DNA of 64,000 bases from an uncultured Gammaproteobacteria bacterium (GCA_963827755.1 CAWHCQ010000011.1:64001-128000), one strand, 5' to 3'; shown: positions 31,631 through 40,773, numbered from the stretch's first letter. Numbers and translations are program-made. Notes: generated from the sequence alone by a model not told the origin.

Positions 31631-32764
31631 ATGGATAGTAGGCAGGCAAGTCGAATAGCGTTGCAGGGTCTTGTAATGATGACCCTGTCATTCATTGCCT
31701 GCGCCAGTCCGCAACTTCCCAATGATTATTTTCAGCTCGGCTGGCAGGAATACGAGGCCGGTCAGTACAACGCTGCGCTCAGCTACTGGTTGCCGCTTGC
31801 AGACCAGGGCGATGTGAATGCACAACTCAATGTGGGACTGATGTATGACACCGGTCGGGGTGTTGCTGAAGATCCGGCGCGTGCAGTGAGCTGGTATCGT
31901 CTGTCAGCCGAACATGGTCTGGCAGCCGCACAATACAATCTCGGGGTGATGTATGCATCCGGCCGCGGTATCGAACAGGATGCCGGCCAGGCACAATTCT
32001 GGCTGGAGCAGGCTGCCGGGCAGGGGTTGCAGGATGCGCGCTCGCTGCTTGCGGAGTACACCGGCAAGTCAGCGGCGGGTGCAGCGCAACCGGTTGTTCA
32101 TGAAAATTCCAGTTTTATCGATTCGCTCAGTGGTACTTCAACCGGTACCGCATGGCCGGTAGCGGTAAATTACGCGGTTACCAGCAATCACGTAGTTGAA
32201 GGTGTCGACTCGGTGTTACTCTACAACGCCTCGGGACTGCCACTGCGCGCAACCGTGGTGTTACGCGATACCGATAATGACATCGCGCTGCTGCGTACCA
32301 GTGATGAGGTTAGTTTGCCGCCGCCATTGCCATTGTCGCGTGCGCCCGGTCGCCTCGGCAGTGACGTCTTCACCCTGGGTTTCCCGCGTGTCGATGTTCT
32401 CGGGCGCACCCCAAAACTTGCCGACGGTATTATCAGTTCGGTGAATGGCTACCATGATGATCCGGCCAGTTATCAGACCTCGGTGCAGATACAGCCTGGC
32501 AACAGCGGCGGTCCGCTGCTGAACATGGCAGGTGAGGTGGTGGGTATCGTTGCCTCGATGCTGGGTACCGTGAATGGCTCGGCAGAGCCGGTGGTGATGC
32601 CCAATATCAGTTATGCAGTCAAGGTGGAGTGTCTGCTTTCCCTGATGGAGTCGCTGCCTGAATCCGTGCTCGCAATGGCCACCGCTGCAGGTACGCCGGC
32701 CCCGCTGGCCGATCTCGCCGAGCGCATCCAGCCCTCGGTCCTGCTGGTGGTGGTCGCAGAGTAA
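31631..32764 (+). CDS. Exported SEL1-repeat plus trypsin-like (S1C) serine protease
   Basis: Signal or lipoprotein-like N-terminus (FIAC), AQ.NLG.MY..G.G SEL1 repeats, triad TSNH / DIAL / GNSGGP. Confidence 0.9.
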   Translation: MDSRQASRIALQGLVMMTLSFIACASPQLPNDYFQLGWQEYEAGQYNAALSYWLPLADQGDVNAQLNVGLMYDTGRGVAEDPARAVSWYRLSAEHGLAAAQYNLGVMYASGRGIEQDAGQAQFWLEQAAGQGLQDARSLLAEYTGKSAAGAAQPVVHENSSFIDSLSGTSTGTAWPVAVNYAVTSNHVVEGVDSVLLYNASGLPLRATVVLRDTDNDIALLRTSDEVSLPPPLPLSRAPGRLGSDVFTLGFPRVDVLGRTPKLADGIISSVNGYHDDPASYQTSVQIQPGNSGGPLLNMAGEVVGIVASMLGTVNGSAEPVVMPNISYAVKVECLLSLMESLPESVLAMATAAGTPAPLADLAERIQPSVLLVVVAE

Positions 32765-33005
32765 ACCGGCTTATTCGGGCTTTCCCCGCAGTATTCAGAA
32801 TTTTTAGTCGTCAGCGTGGTTTATGTGCGCTGACATACCCCTGTTTGTTAAGGAAAACGCAGTTGAAACGCTGCAGCGTGGTGTGCGCCTGGACGGCAAG
32901 GTTGCTCTCGAGCTGGTCGTGGTGCCGGCTGATTAACCCTATCTTCATCGGGGAAAATGGCGGGCTGTGGGTTGGTTCGACCATGGAAAAAGCGCCATTT
33001 TCCCT

Positions 33006-33034
33006 TAGACACTGCCGTGCTCTCCTCGTATAGT
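33006..33034 (+). promoter_or_regulatory. Candidate sigma-70 promoter for the 33178 gene
   Basis: TAGACA-N17-TATAGT. Confidence 0.5.
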
Positions 33035-33177
33035 ACCCCCCACGGCCGGGAGCACTACTGTACCGTGCTCGAAAGGTCTGTATCGACAATCACAGCAGCT
33101 TCCCGGGTAGACACCGCCCGAGAACAATAACGCTGTATCTGTAAGTTTAACCGGAATAACCCAGAGAGGTCCTGAAT

Positions 33178-34602
33178 ATGGAATTTCGTAATACATTACC
33201 ACTCGCACGAATAGCCCTTGTGGCGGTTGTGAGTGGCGCACTCGGCCTGGCAACGTTACAGGCAGGCGCAGAGAACAAGGCGTCTGGCGCGGGCCTGTTG
33301 CCAGCCAATGCGCAACCCGGTCAGTGTTATGCCAAGGTCATGATACCCGCCAAGTATAAAACGAGCGAAGAGAAGGTGGTCATTGTCGAGGCTGGCGAGA
33401 AGATTGAAATCATTCCTGCCAAGTACGAGTGGACCGAGGTGAGAGTGCCGCTGCAGCAGGAATCGGAAAAATTGATTGCTGTTCCGGCAGTATACGAAAC
33501 CGTCGAGGAAAAGATTTTACTCGAGCCCGCGCGCACGGTGTGGCGTTCCGGTCCGGGGGCCAAGGCACGTGACATTTCCGACCGTGACCTTGCCACTGCG
33601 CAGGCACTTGGCCTGGCGAAGACTGCCAAGGCCGGTCAGTGCTACAACGAGTTCTACAAGCCGGCGGAATTCGAAGTAAAAACAGAGAAGCTGCTGAAGA
33701 CTGCGGCATCCGAGAAGATCACCACGACCGAACCGGAGTTCAACTGGGTCGAGGAAAAGGTGCTGGTCAAGGAAGCTTCCCAGAAGTTTGTCAACGTTCC
33801 CGCCAAGTACAACATCGTCAAGGAAAAAGTGCTTGAGTCACCTGCCTACACGACCTGGAAGACCGGCCGTGGCATGAACGAGCGAATCGACAATGCCACC
33901 GGCGAAATCATGTGCCTTGTGGAAGTGCCGGCCAAGTACACCACGATCGAGAAGCGTGTGCTGGTCTCACCGGCCACCATCAAGAAGGTGGAAGTTCCGG
34001 CAGAGTACAACACCGTGCGTGTCAAGAAGCTCATCAAAAAATCGGCCGAGAGCCGCAAGCCGGTCGAGGCCGAGTACCAGACCGTTTCCAGGCGTATCAA
34101 GGTGTCAGATGCCGGGGTCAGCTGGAGTATGGCGGGTATGCGGGGCGAAGGCGAAGCAACCGGCAGGACCTATTGCCTGTCTGAAGTACCTGCGAAATAC
34201 AAGACCATCACCAAGCGCGTCGTGAAGACGCCGGCCACGGTCAAGAAAATGGCTGTTCCGGCGACCTTCAAGACGGTGCGCATGAGCAAGCTGGTGTCTC
34301 CTGCAAAGGAGAAGCGCATTCCGATTCCCGCGAAGCACAAGATCGTGCAGAAGCAGGTCAAGGTATCGGATGCAAGCCAGGAGTGGCGCCAGGTATTGTG
34401 CGAGACCAATACAACGCCTGACCTTGTCATGCAAATCCAGCGTGCCCTGCAAAGGGCCGGTCAGAACCCGGGGCCGATTGACGGTGTCCTGGGTCGTTCA
34501 ACGATGGCGGCTGCGGATGCCTACCAGCGCAGAAACAACCTGCCGACCGGTGGTCTGACAATTCAGACGCTTGAGAAGCTGGGCATTAGACTCGGCAGCT
34601 AG
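33178..34602 (+). CDS. Exported repeat protein with C-terminal peptidoglycan-binding domain
   Basis: Signal peptide; 12 PA.Y-type repeats with 23-aa period; IQRAL...G..PGPIDG..G..T..A...YQ PG_binding_1-like end. Confidence 0.85.
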   Translation: MEFRNTLPLARIALVAVVSGALGLATLQAGAENKASGAGLLPANAQPGQCYAKVMIPAKYKTSEEKVVIVEAGEKIEIIPAKYEWTEVRVPLQQESEKLIAVPAVYETVEEKILLEPARTVWRSGPGAKARDISDRDLATAQALGLAKTAKAGQCYNEFYKPAEFEVKTEKLLKTAASEKITTTEPEFNWVEEKVLVKEASQKFVNVPAKYNIVKEKVLESPAYTTWKTGRGMNERIDNATGEIMCLVEVPAKYTTIEKRVLVSPATIKKVEVPAEYNTVRVKKLIKKSAESRKPVEAEYQTVSRRIKVSDAGVSWSMAGMRGEGEATGRTYCLSEVPAKYKTITKRVVKTPATVKKMAVPATFKTVRMSKLVSPAKEKRIPIPAKHKIVQKQVKVSDASQEWRQVLCETNTTPDLVMQIQRALQRAGQNPGPIDGVLGRSTMAAADAYQRRNNLPTGGLTIQTLEKLGIRLGS

Positions 34603-34651
34603 TATCCCGTCCAGGCGTTGAATTACCGGCCTTGTGGCTGGTATGCGAGTT

Positions 34652-34687
34652 ACGGCCCGGTGAGTAATCACCGGGCCGTTTTTATTT
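34652..34687 (+). terminator. Rho-independent terminator
   Basis: ACGGCCCGGTGA-GTAA-TCACCGGGCCGT followed by T-rich tail. Confidence 0.9.
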
Positions 34688-34799
34688 GCCGGTGTACAGG
34701 GTACGTGCTTTACACCAGGGTATTCTTCCGGCGTGAATTGACCATACATGGTTGCCTGGTGCTTACACCTTGTTGAACGACGGTTTCGAGTCACTACAC

Positions 34800-35723
34800 A
34801 TGAAGCATTATTCGACTTTTATTCAGGCTATTGGATTGCTGTTCCTGTTGAACAGCCTGCCGGTCAGTGCGGATTATCCCATTGAGGTCATCCAGCTGAA
34901 ATCACGTCCGCTGGAAGAGATCCTGCCGGTCATCCAGCCTTTTACCGGCGCGGATGGCAGTGCTACCGGGATGGGGAATAACCTGGTACTCAAGGCAGCA
35001 CCCGATCGAATTGATGAAATCAGGAAACTGCTGCTTGAACTGGACCGTCCGCCAAAGCGCCTGTTGATCATCGTTAACAAACAAGGTGATCTTGAACGCA
35101 GTGTATCGGGCTATTCGGCCAGTGCCGACATCAAGGCCGGTGACGGGCGAGTCAGTATCAATTCCCCGGGATATCCTGTTGACGGGTCGCGGGCCCGGGT
35201 GCGGATTTATGGCACAGAAGATCAGCGTGCACGGACGGCCGGGCAGCGGGTCCAGGCGCTGGAAGGCCGGCCGGCCTTTATCGCCACTGGCTCTCGCATC
35301 CCGTTTCGTAGTGTCGATCGTTATTACATGCATGGACGCCCGTATGATCGATACGTAACAGAGCTGCATGATGCAAACAGTGGATTTTACGTAGTGCCGC
35401 GTGTGCGTGGCGAATATGTGACACTGGAGATTCAGCAATTCGATGACCGTCCCGGCCGTCGTCGGGGTGTTATCAATACGCAAAGCACGGACACGGTTGT
35501 GCGCGGCAGGCTTGGCGACTGGATCAGCCTTGGCGGCATTAAAACCTCCAGCAAGCAAAGCCAGGGTGGCCTGGGTCGCTCGATTTCAACACAGGATTCT
35601 GTCGATCAGCAGATCGAGGTGATGGTGGAATGCCTGGACTGCGGGTTGAGCAACGAGCGTTATCACAGGTTTTCCCCGGAAACGCATGACTCCGGGATAA
35701 ATCCGTTCCCTGCGGACAGGTAA
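34800..35723 (+). CDS. Short secretin-like protein (NolW/secretin-N domain plus reduced secretin domain)
   Basis: Signal peptide, EVIQLKSR..EEILP, LDRPPKRL, VQALEGRPAFI, GFYVVPR and GDWISLGG. Confidence 0.75.
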   Translation: MKHYSTFIQAIGLLFLLNSLPVSADYPIEVIQLKSRPLEEILPVIQPFTGADGSATGMGNNLVLKAAPDRIDEIRKLLLELDRPPKRLLIIVNKQGDLERSVSGYSASADIKAGDGRVSINSPGYPVDGSRARVRIYGTEDQRARTAGQRVQALEGRPAFIATGSRIPFRSVDRYYMHGRPYDRYVTELHDANSGFYVVPRVRGEYVTLEIQQFDDRPGRRRGVINTQSTDTVVRGRLGDWISLGGIKTSSKQSQGGLGRSISTQDSVDQQIEVMVECLDCGLSNERYHRFSPETHDSGINPFPADR

Positions 35724-35829
35724 CGGGCCTGTATTGCGTGGATTGATCCGCAAGCCTGCTAAACCTGACCTGATTGTGAATCAACTGCGTTATAGTGTGT
35801 GCAACAGCTGCCTGGTTGAATGCGACAGA

Positions 35830-36273
35830 ATGTACACAACGCGAAAAATACAACCTTGGGTACTGGCCGCGCTGTTGATGGCCATGTCTTCCTGCGCAAC
35901 GACTCGTGAGCTGGCCGGGGATAATATGAAATGTCCAGACAGTCCGAACTGTGTTTCCAGCCAGGCGCCTGATGCGCGCCATTTCATCGAGCCTTTCAGC
36001 TTTCACGATCAGCCTGCAGAAGCGATGCAACGCCTGAGGGCGGCGTTGATGACAGAGCAGCGGGTGTCGATTATCAGCGAGCAGGCCGATTATCTGCATG
36101 CCGAGGCGCGCAGCCTGCTGTTCAGATTTGTGGATGACATCGAGTTCAGCCTGCAAGCGGAAAAGGGTCTGATCCAGGTACGTTCCGCTGCACGGACCGG
36201 GTATTCCGATTTTGGCGTCAATCGCCGGCGTATCGAAAGAATCCGGCGGATATTCCTGGACCGGGAGCGTTAA
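35830..36273 (+). CDS. DUF1499 family lipoprotein
   Basis: CPDSPNCVSSQ, FVDDIEF and RSAARTGYSDFGVNRRR. Confidence 0.9.
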   Translation: MYTTRKIQPWVLAALLMAMSSCATTRELAGDNMKCPDSPNCVSSQAPDARHFIEPFSFHDQPAEAMQRLRAALMTEQRVSIISEQADYLHAEARSLLFRFVDDIEFSLQAEKGLIQVRSAARTGYSDFGVNRRRIERIRRIFLDRER

Positions 36274-36319
36274 TGAAGCCGACTGCCGTTTTACTGTTAA
36301 TTACCGATACGGTTTTGTT

Positions 36320-36919
36320 ATGTACCTGGTGTTAAAGAATACAGTCTTGCCGGGCATATTTGTTGCGCTTGTCACGGCCTGCACAGATGCACAGGTACTG
36401 CATAGCGTTAACGAGGAGAACGGACTGCAGACATGGCATTTTATCGATGGTGACATAGAGATTGAACTGGTACAGCGGTTGCCGGACCAGAGCCGTGCCC
36501 TGTTTATGAAGCATGAATTCTCCCGCGATGTCATCGAGAGCCTGGCACTGAGTTGCATGATGCAGACCATTATCCGCAATAGTGGCAAATCAGGCAGCGG
36601 ACAGGCCGTGTCGATTGACCTGACCCGGTGGCGCATGCAGCACAAGGGCGTGACCAGTGGCATCAGGCTGAAGGAGCAGTGGCTGGCCTCCTGGTCGGAC
36701 GAGCAAGCCAGCCCGGCAGCAAGGCTGATCGTTCGCTGGGGCCTGTTCCCGACGCAGCAGGAATACCTGCCGGGCGACTATAACTGGGGATTGACGACCT
36801 ACGGGATAGCGCCGGGCTCGGTATTCGATCTTGCAGTAAGCTGGGAAGAGGGGGGCAAGCCCCGTTCCGGGAAAATCAGCAACATCGTCTGTGCACCGGA
36901 TGTGGATAAACTGAAATGA
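36320..36919 (+). CDS. Hypothetical exported or lipoprotein
   Basis: Lipobox-like LVTAC; stop overlaps the start of the TlpA-like gene. Confidence 0.7.
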   Translation: MYLVLKNTVLPGIFVALVTACTDAQVLHSVNEENGLQTWHFIDGDIEIELVQRLPDQSRALFMKHEFSRDVIESLALSCMMQTIIRNSGKSGSGQAVSIDLTRWRMQHKGVTSGIRLKEQWLASWSDEQASPAARLIVRWGLFPTQQEYLPGDYNWGLTTYGIAPGSVFDLAVSWEEGGKPRSGKISNIVCAPDVDKLK

Positions 36920-37426
36920 TTGTAATGAAAACCCTGCAGGGCCTTGCAATATTGCTGCTGATGCTGGCCGGCATGGCCCGTGCGGACCAGACCATGACGG
37001 TGATCCCGGGCGGGATCGAGGCGCCGGACTTTGTTTTGCAGGATACAGAAGGCAAGACGCATCGCTTGTCCGATTATCGCGGCAAGCCGGTCATTATTAA
37101 TTTCTGGACCACCTGGTGCCCGCCATGTCGTGAGGAAATTCCCTCCATGAACCGCGCATGGCACCTGCTTGAAGACGGAGGACATCGCGCTGCTCGCCAT
37201 CAACATGGGTGAAGATGAAGACACCATCTTTATCTTTACCGCGGATTACCCCGCAGACTTTCCAGTGCTGATGGACAGGGAAGGCGAGGTCATTGCCGAG
37301 TGGCCGGTAAAAGGGTTGCCGACGACCTATGTCGTCGCACCCGATGGGACGCTTGCCTACCGGGCAATTGGCAGCCGGGAGTGGGATGACAAGGCGCTGC
37401 TGGATGCGGTGCGCGCCCTGAAGTAA
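36916..37426 (+). CDS. TlpA/ResA-family thiol-disulfide oxidoreductase (frameshift near 37175)
   Basis: APDF.L, INFWTTWCPPC; the second frame gives AIN.GED and GLPTTY. Confidence 0.88.
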
Positions 37427-37870
37427 GTACACAGCAGGCCGGATTCAACAGATCACTGTGTCGGGGATATGGTGTGCAATGCCAGTCATTCGTGAATCCG
37501 GCCCCTGCGATACCCTCGCTGATAACCGCCCGGGACACGGGATTGCCCGGGACGAGATTCAGTATTACCCGTTGTTGCCGGGCAAACCGGGATGGCCGTC
37601 ACACATCCGGAGATCGGCGACGGTTAGCAGGCGATAGCAATACCCCGGGGTGAAATGTTTCAGGCATTACCGGTTTTCCGTTCAAGTGGCAGCACGTCGG
37701 GGTGCAGTTCGTTCAGCGGTATCGACAGGCCGTTGTTTCCAACGACACGCGCATGAAAACGGCGCAATTCACGGGGCTCCCTGACACCGCAGGAATGTGC
37801 GATCAAGCCGACTTCATGTGGACAATGCTACCTGCTTGTATCTATGGACAGGTCATTAACCGGCTGGTAC

Positions 37871-38524
37871 TCAGCGCCTCTTGCTGGTCCTCCAGGTACG
37901 TGAAATCCAGTCATCAACGCTGAAGTACCTGCCCGCACCAATGAAGAACAGGGCCAGCAGCATGATGAAGTAGGTGGCGGCAAATTCAATGCCGTTGTTG
38001 AGGATCACCAGGCTGCCGTTTTCGGTGATCCAGCTGTAGTTGGCCTGTTCCTGCAGGATTGCCTTGGCCATGTCCAGGCGTTCGATGGCGCCTTGCGTTC
38101 GTTCGCTGGCGAAGAAACCGTCCCCTGCGGCGATTGCCAGCCAGCCGTTTGGTAAATGTACGGTTACGGCTGCAACCACCATGGTGATCATCAGCGGGAT
38201 GGATATCCAGCGTACCGCCAGGCCGATCAGCAGCAGGATGGCCCCGAAGTATTCCGTGTAGGACGCCAGGTAGGCCATGACCTCGGGGAAGGGCAGGCCA
38301 AGCCCCCAGTCCGGGTTGCCGAACCAGTCAATCACGTCCTGCTTGGGTACAAGGCTGCAGCCGGCCTCGCTGTCGAGACAGTCCAGTCCGGCATTTTCAA
38401 GCTTGTGAACACCGCCCATCCAGAAAATCGGCACCAGGTAGAGGCGCAAGGCGAGTGGTGCAAGAAAATCAAGCGCGCGTGTCCGGTCCAGCAGGTCCTG
38501 CATGCCGTTGAGTAAACCTGTCAT
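37871..38524 (-). CDS. DoxX-family membrane protein (HvfX-like)
   Basis: LRLYL, WFGNPDWGLGLPFP, VH..NGW and NNGIEF; last gene of the DUF692 operon. Confidence 0.88.
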   Translation of the reverse strand: MTGLLNGMQDLLDRTRALDFLAPLALRLYLVPIFWMGGVHKLENAGLDCLDSEAGCSLVPKQDVIDWFGNPDWGLGLPFPEVMAYLASYTEYFGAILLLIGLAVRWISIPLMITMVVAAVTVHLPNGWLAIAAGDGFFASERTQGAIERLDMAKAILQEQANYSWITENGSLVILNNGIEFAATYFIMLLALFFIGAGRYFSVDDWISRTWRTSKRR

Positions 38525-38562
38525 GACTATCTCCTCGGTTTTTGTCCTGCTTTAACGCAGGA

Positions 38563-39348
38563 TCAGAATCGTTTTGTGCCCGGCAAAATATCTTTTTCAT
38601 GCAAGCCGTTCATTATTTCAGCGCCGCCTTTGACCACAACCCCGGGCCGGGGGTGAGACAACTCGGCTGCGATCCGTTCAAGTAACTGTTCACCGCTGGA
38701 GTTGCTGTCTTCCGCGATGAGTTCCAGCAGGCGCTTGGTGACCGGGTTGACCTCCATGAATCCGACCTTGTCCTCACTGTCACGGTAGACGACCAGCAGG
38801 GTCGGGTTCTCACCGGCTTGTTGCGGCAGGAAGTCCGGGCCGATCTTGTGAACCGGGTATTGATAGACAAGCTGCCAGGCCAGCGGTGATAGTACCGGGA
38901 TACCGGTCATCAGGTCACCCTCCGGGTCGATAGTATCCTGCTCGAGGGTTGCCTCGGAAATCGACAGGGCGAGTTCCACCCATTCGTAATGGGCCAGTTC
39001 GTGGAGAAAGGGAAAATCGCCGGGTTCGTGCCGGCGTTCATTTTCAAGCCAGCCGAGGAATTCACGCGGGATCTCCAGGAACAGCGGGCTGCGGGACTGG
39101 TGGCCGGAGAAAAAACCGCGCACCAGCCTGTGCCAGGCCTCGTCTTGATAAATCTTCCTCAGTACCGGGAAGGTGCCGGCAAGAAAATTCTCGACGTTAT
39201 TGTAGAACAACTCGCGGTAGATCTGCATGCGCCGGTCTTCAACATCATCCGGTGCAGGTTTGTGCTCCGGGTCGCGAATATGCGCAGCGAACTGGTACTG
39301 CCGGCGGGTAAATTCAGGCCTTGATTCCACGGGTAATGCCCTTGTCAT
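38563..39348 (-). CDS. DUF2063 MNIO partner protein (HvfC/BufC-like)
   Basis: [22 protein letters not shown] and [10 protein letters not shown]. Confidence 0.9.
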   Translation of the reverse strand: MTRALPVESRPEFTRRQYQFAAHIRDPEHKPAPDDVEDRRMQIYRELFYNNVENFLAGTFPVLRKIYQDEAWHRLVRGFFSGHQSRSPLFLEIPREFLGWLENERRHEPGDFPFLHELAHYEWVELALSISEATLEQDTIDPEGDLMTGIPVLSPLAWQLVYQYPVHKIGPDFLPQQAGENPTLLVVYRDSEDKVGFMEVNPVTKRLLELIAEDSNSSGEQLLERIAAELSHPRPGVVVKGGAEIMNGLHEKDILPGTKRF

Positions 39349-40180
39349 GCGTTGCACCCTGTTTTTTCTGCAGGCTTGCAATCTGTTCGACCTCGGCCAG
39401 CAATTCGGGCAGCGGGGGTATATTGAAATCGCGTTCAAGCAATGTCGGGACTACCCCGAAATGCTCATAGGCGGTTTCCAGCAATGACCAGACCGGGTCG
39501 ATGATGTCTGCCCCGTGGGTATCGACCTTCAGGTCTTCGGCTTCATCGTAGTGGCCGGCAATATGAAAATATGCAATGCGCCCGGCCGGCAGCGCTTTCA
39601 GGAATTGTTCCGCGTCATAGCGGTGGTTGATGCTGTTGACGTAGATATTATTCACGTCCAGCAGCAGGTCGCAGTCGGCTTCCTCGAGGACCGCGTTGAT
39701 GAAATCAATTTCGTCCATTTCCTTGCCGGGTGCCGCGTAGTAGGAAACATTCTCCATGGCAATGCGCCGTTCAAGAATATCCTGCACGCGGCGGATACGG
39801 GCTGCAACATAGTGAACGGCCTCTTCGGTAAACGGAATCGGCATCAGGTCATAGAGGTGGCCATCGTCACTGCAATAGCTCAGGTGCTCGGTATAGAAGC
39901 GAAAATTATGCTGGTCCAGCAGGCGTTTCACCCGGTGGAGAAAGGTCTCGTCCAGTGGTGACGGGCTGCCGATCGACAGGGACAGGCCGTGTGCAACAAA
40001 GGGGTAGCGTTCCGTGAAGTGGCGAAAATCCTTGCCGGGTTTGCCACCCATGCCAATCCAGTTTTCCGGCGCGACTTCAAAAAAATCGACAGACTCCGGC
40101 GGATTGTCCCGCAGCGGACCCATGAGGGTCCGCCGCAGTCCAAGTCCTGTCCCTGTAACAGGGTATTGTTTCGGGATCAC
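39314..40180 (-). CDS. DUF692 multinuclear non-heme iron oxidative enzyme (HvfB/BufB-like)
   Basis: GLGLR, EVAPENW, HGLSLS, EHLS, ENVS, LDVNN, HIAGH, DTHG and LERD. Confidence 0.95.
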   Translation of the reverse strand: MIPKQYPVTGTGLGLRRTLMGPLRDNPPESVDFFEVAPENWIGMGGKPGKDFRHFTERYPFVAHGLSLSIGSPSPLDETFLHRVKRLLDQHNFRFYTEHLSYCSDDGHLYDLMPIPFTEEAVHYVAARIRRVQDILERRIAMENVSYYAAPGKEMDEIDFINAVLEEADCDLLLDVNNIYVNSINHRYDAEQFLKALPAGRIAYFHIAGHYDEAEDLKVDTHGADIIDPVWSLLETAYEHFGVVPTLLERDFNIPPLPELLAEVEQIASLQKKQGATHDKGITRGIKA

Positions 40181-40198
40181 GACAGCTGTGCAGGGTGA

Positions 40199-40654
40199 TT
40201 ACTTCATGCCGCCACACTTGCCTTCACCGCACTTGGCTTCCATCACCTTGCCGGCTTTTCCTGCGGCACCGCACTTGCCTTCACCGCACTTGCCTTCCAT
40301 TGCCTTCATTTCATCGGCACTGATTACGCCATCGTGATTCGCATCTTTACTGTTGAACATGGCCTCGTGCCCTTTCATGAACTCGTCCCTGGTGATGTTG
40401 CCATCTCCATCGGCGTCCATGCTCTGCATGCCGCACTTGCCTTCACCGCACTTGGCTTCCGTTGTCTTGGCGGCACCGCACTTGCCTTCACCGCACTTGC
40501 CTTCATGAGACGCCGCAACCATGTAGCCACTGGAAAGGGTAGACATGGCAAACGGGTTATCTGCTGCGTTGGCAACCGGGGTAGCGGCGAGCGTGGTAAC
40601 AAACGCGGTACCGAGCGCAATAGCCATGGGTTTCAGGGTTGTTTTTTGTGACAT
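40199..40654 (-). CDS. Secreted RiPP precursor with 8 E(G/A)KCG repeats and two EF-hand loops (HvfA/bufferin-like)
   Basis: Sec signal (..ANA|), NPF leader-like motif, two blocks of 4 KCG motifs flanking DADGDGNITRDE and DANHDGVISADE. Confidence 0.9.
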   Translation of the reverse strand: MSQKTTLKPMAIALGTAFVTTLAATPVANAADNPFAMSTLSSGYMVAASHEGKCGEGKCGAAKTTEAKCGEGKCGMQSMDADGDGNITRDEFMKGHEAMFNSKDANHDGVISADEMKAMEGKCGEGKCGAAGKAGKVMEAKCGEGKCGGMK

Positions 40655-40745
40655 TGGATATGCTCCATTATGGGTTTGATTCAGAGGGGGCAGGCGCCCC
40701 GCGTGTTTTCGGTCGCTTGCCACGACCTGTGCTTGTGTCAGTCAC

Positions 40746-40773
40746 TCCGACATACAAGGGTTCAAAAAGTTTC
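40746..40773 (-). promoter_or_regulatory. Candidate ECF (RpoE/AlgU-like) promoter of the RiPP operon
   Basis: Minus strand GAAACTT-N16-TCGGA, about 90 nt before the precursor ATG. Confidence 0.5.

Noticed and set aside
37575-37640. c-di-GMP-I riboswitch (GGCAAACC)
   Set aside because: The GAAA loop and GACGCAAA elements are missing, and it lies between convergent 3' ends.
40199-40510. Repeated CCGCACTTGCCTTCA units as a CRISPR array
   Set aside because: They are in-frame codons for EGKCG; there are no unique spacers and no cas genes.
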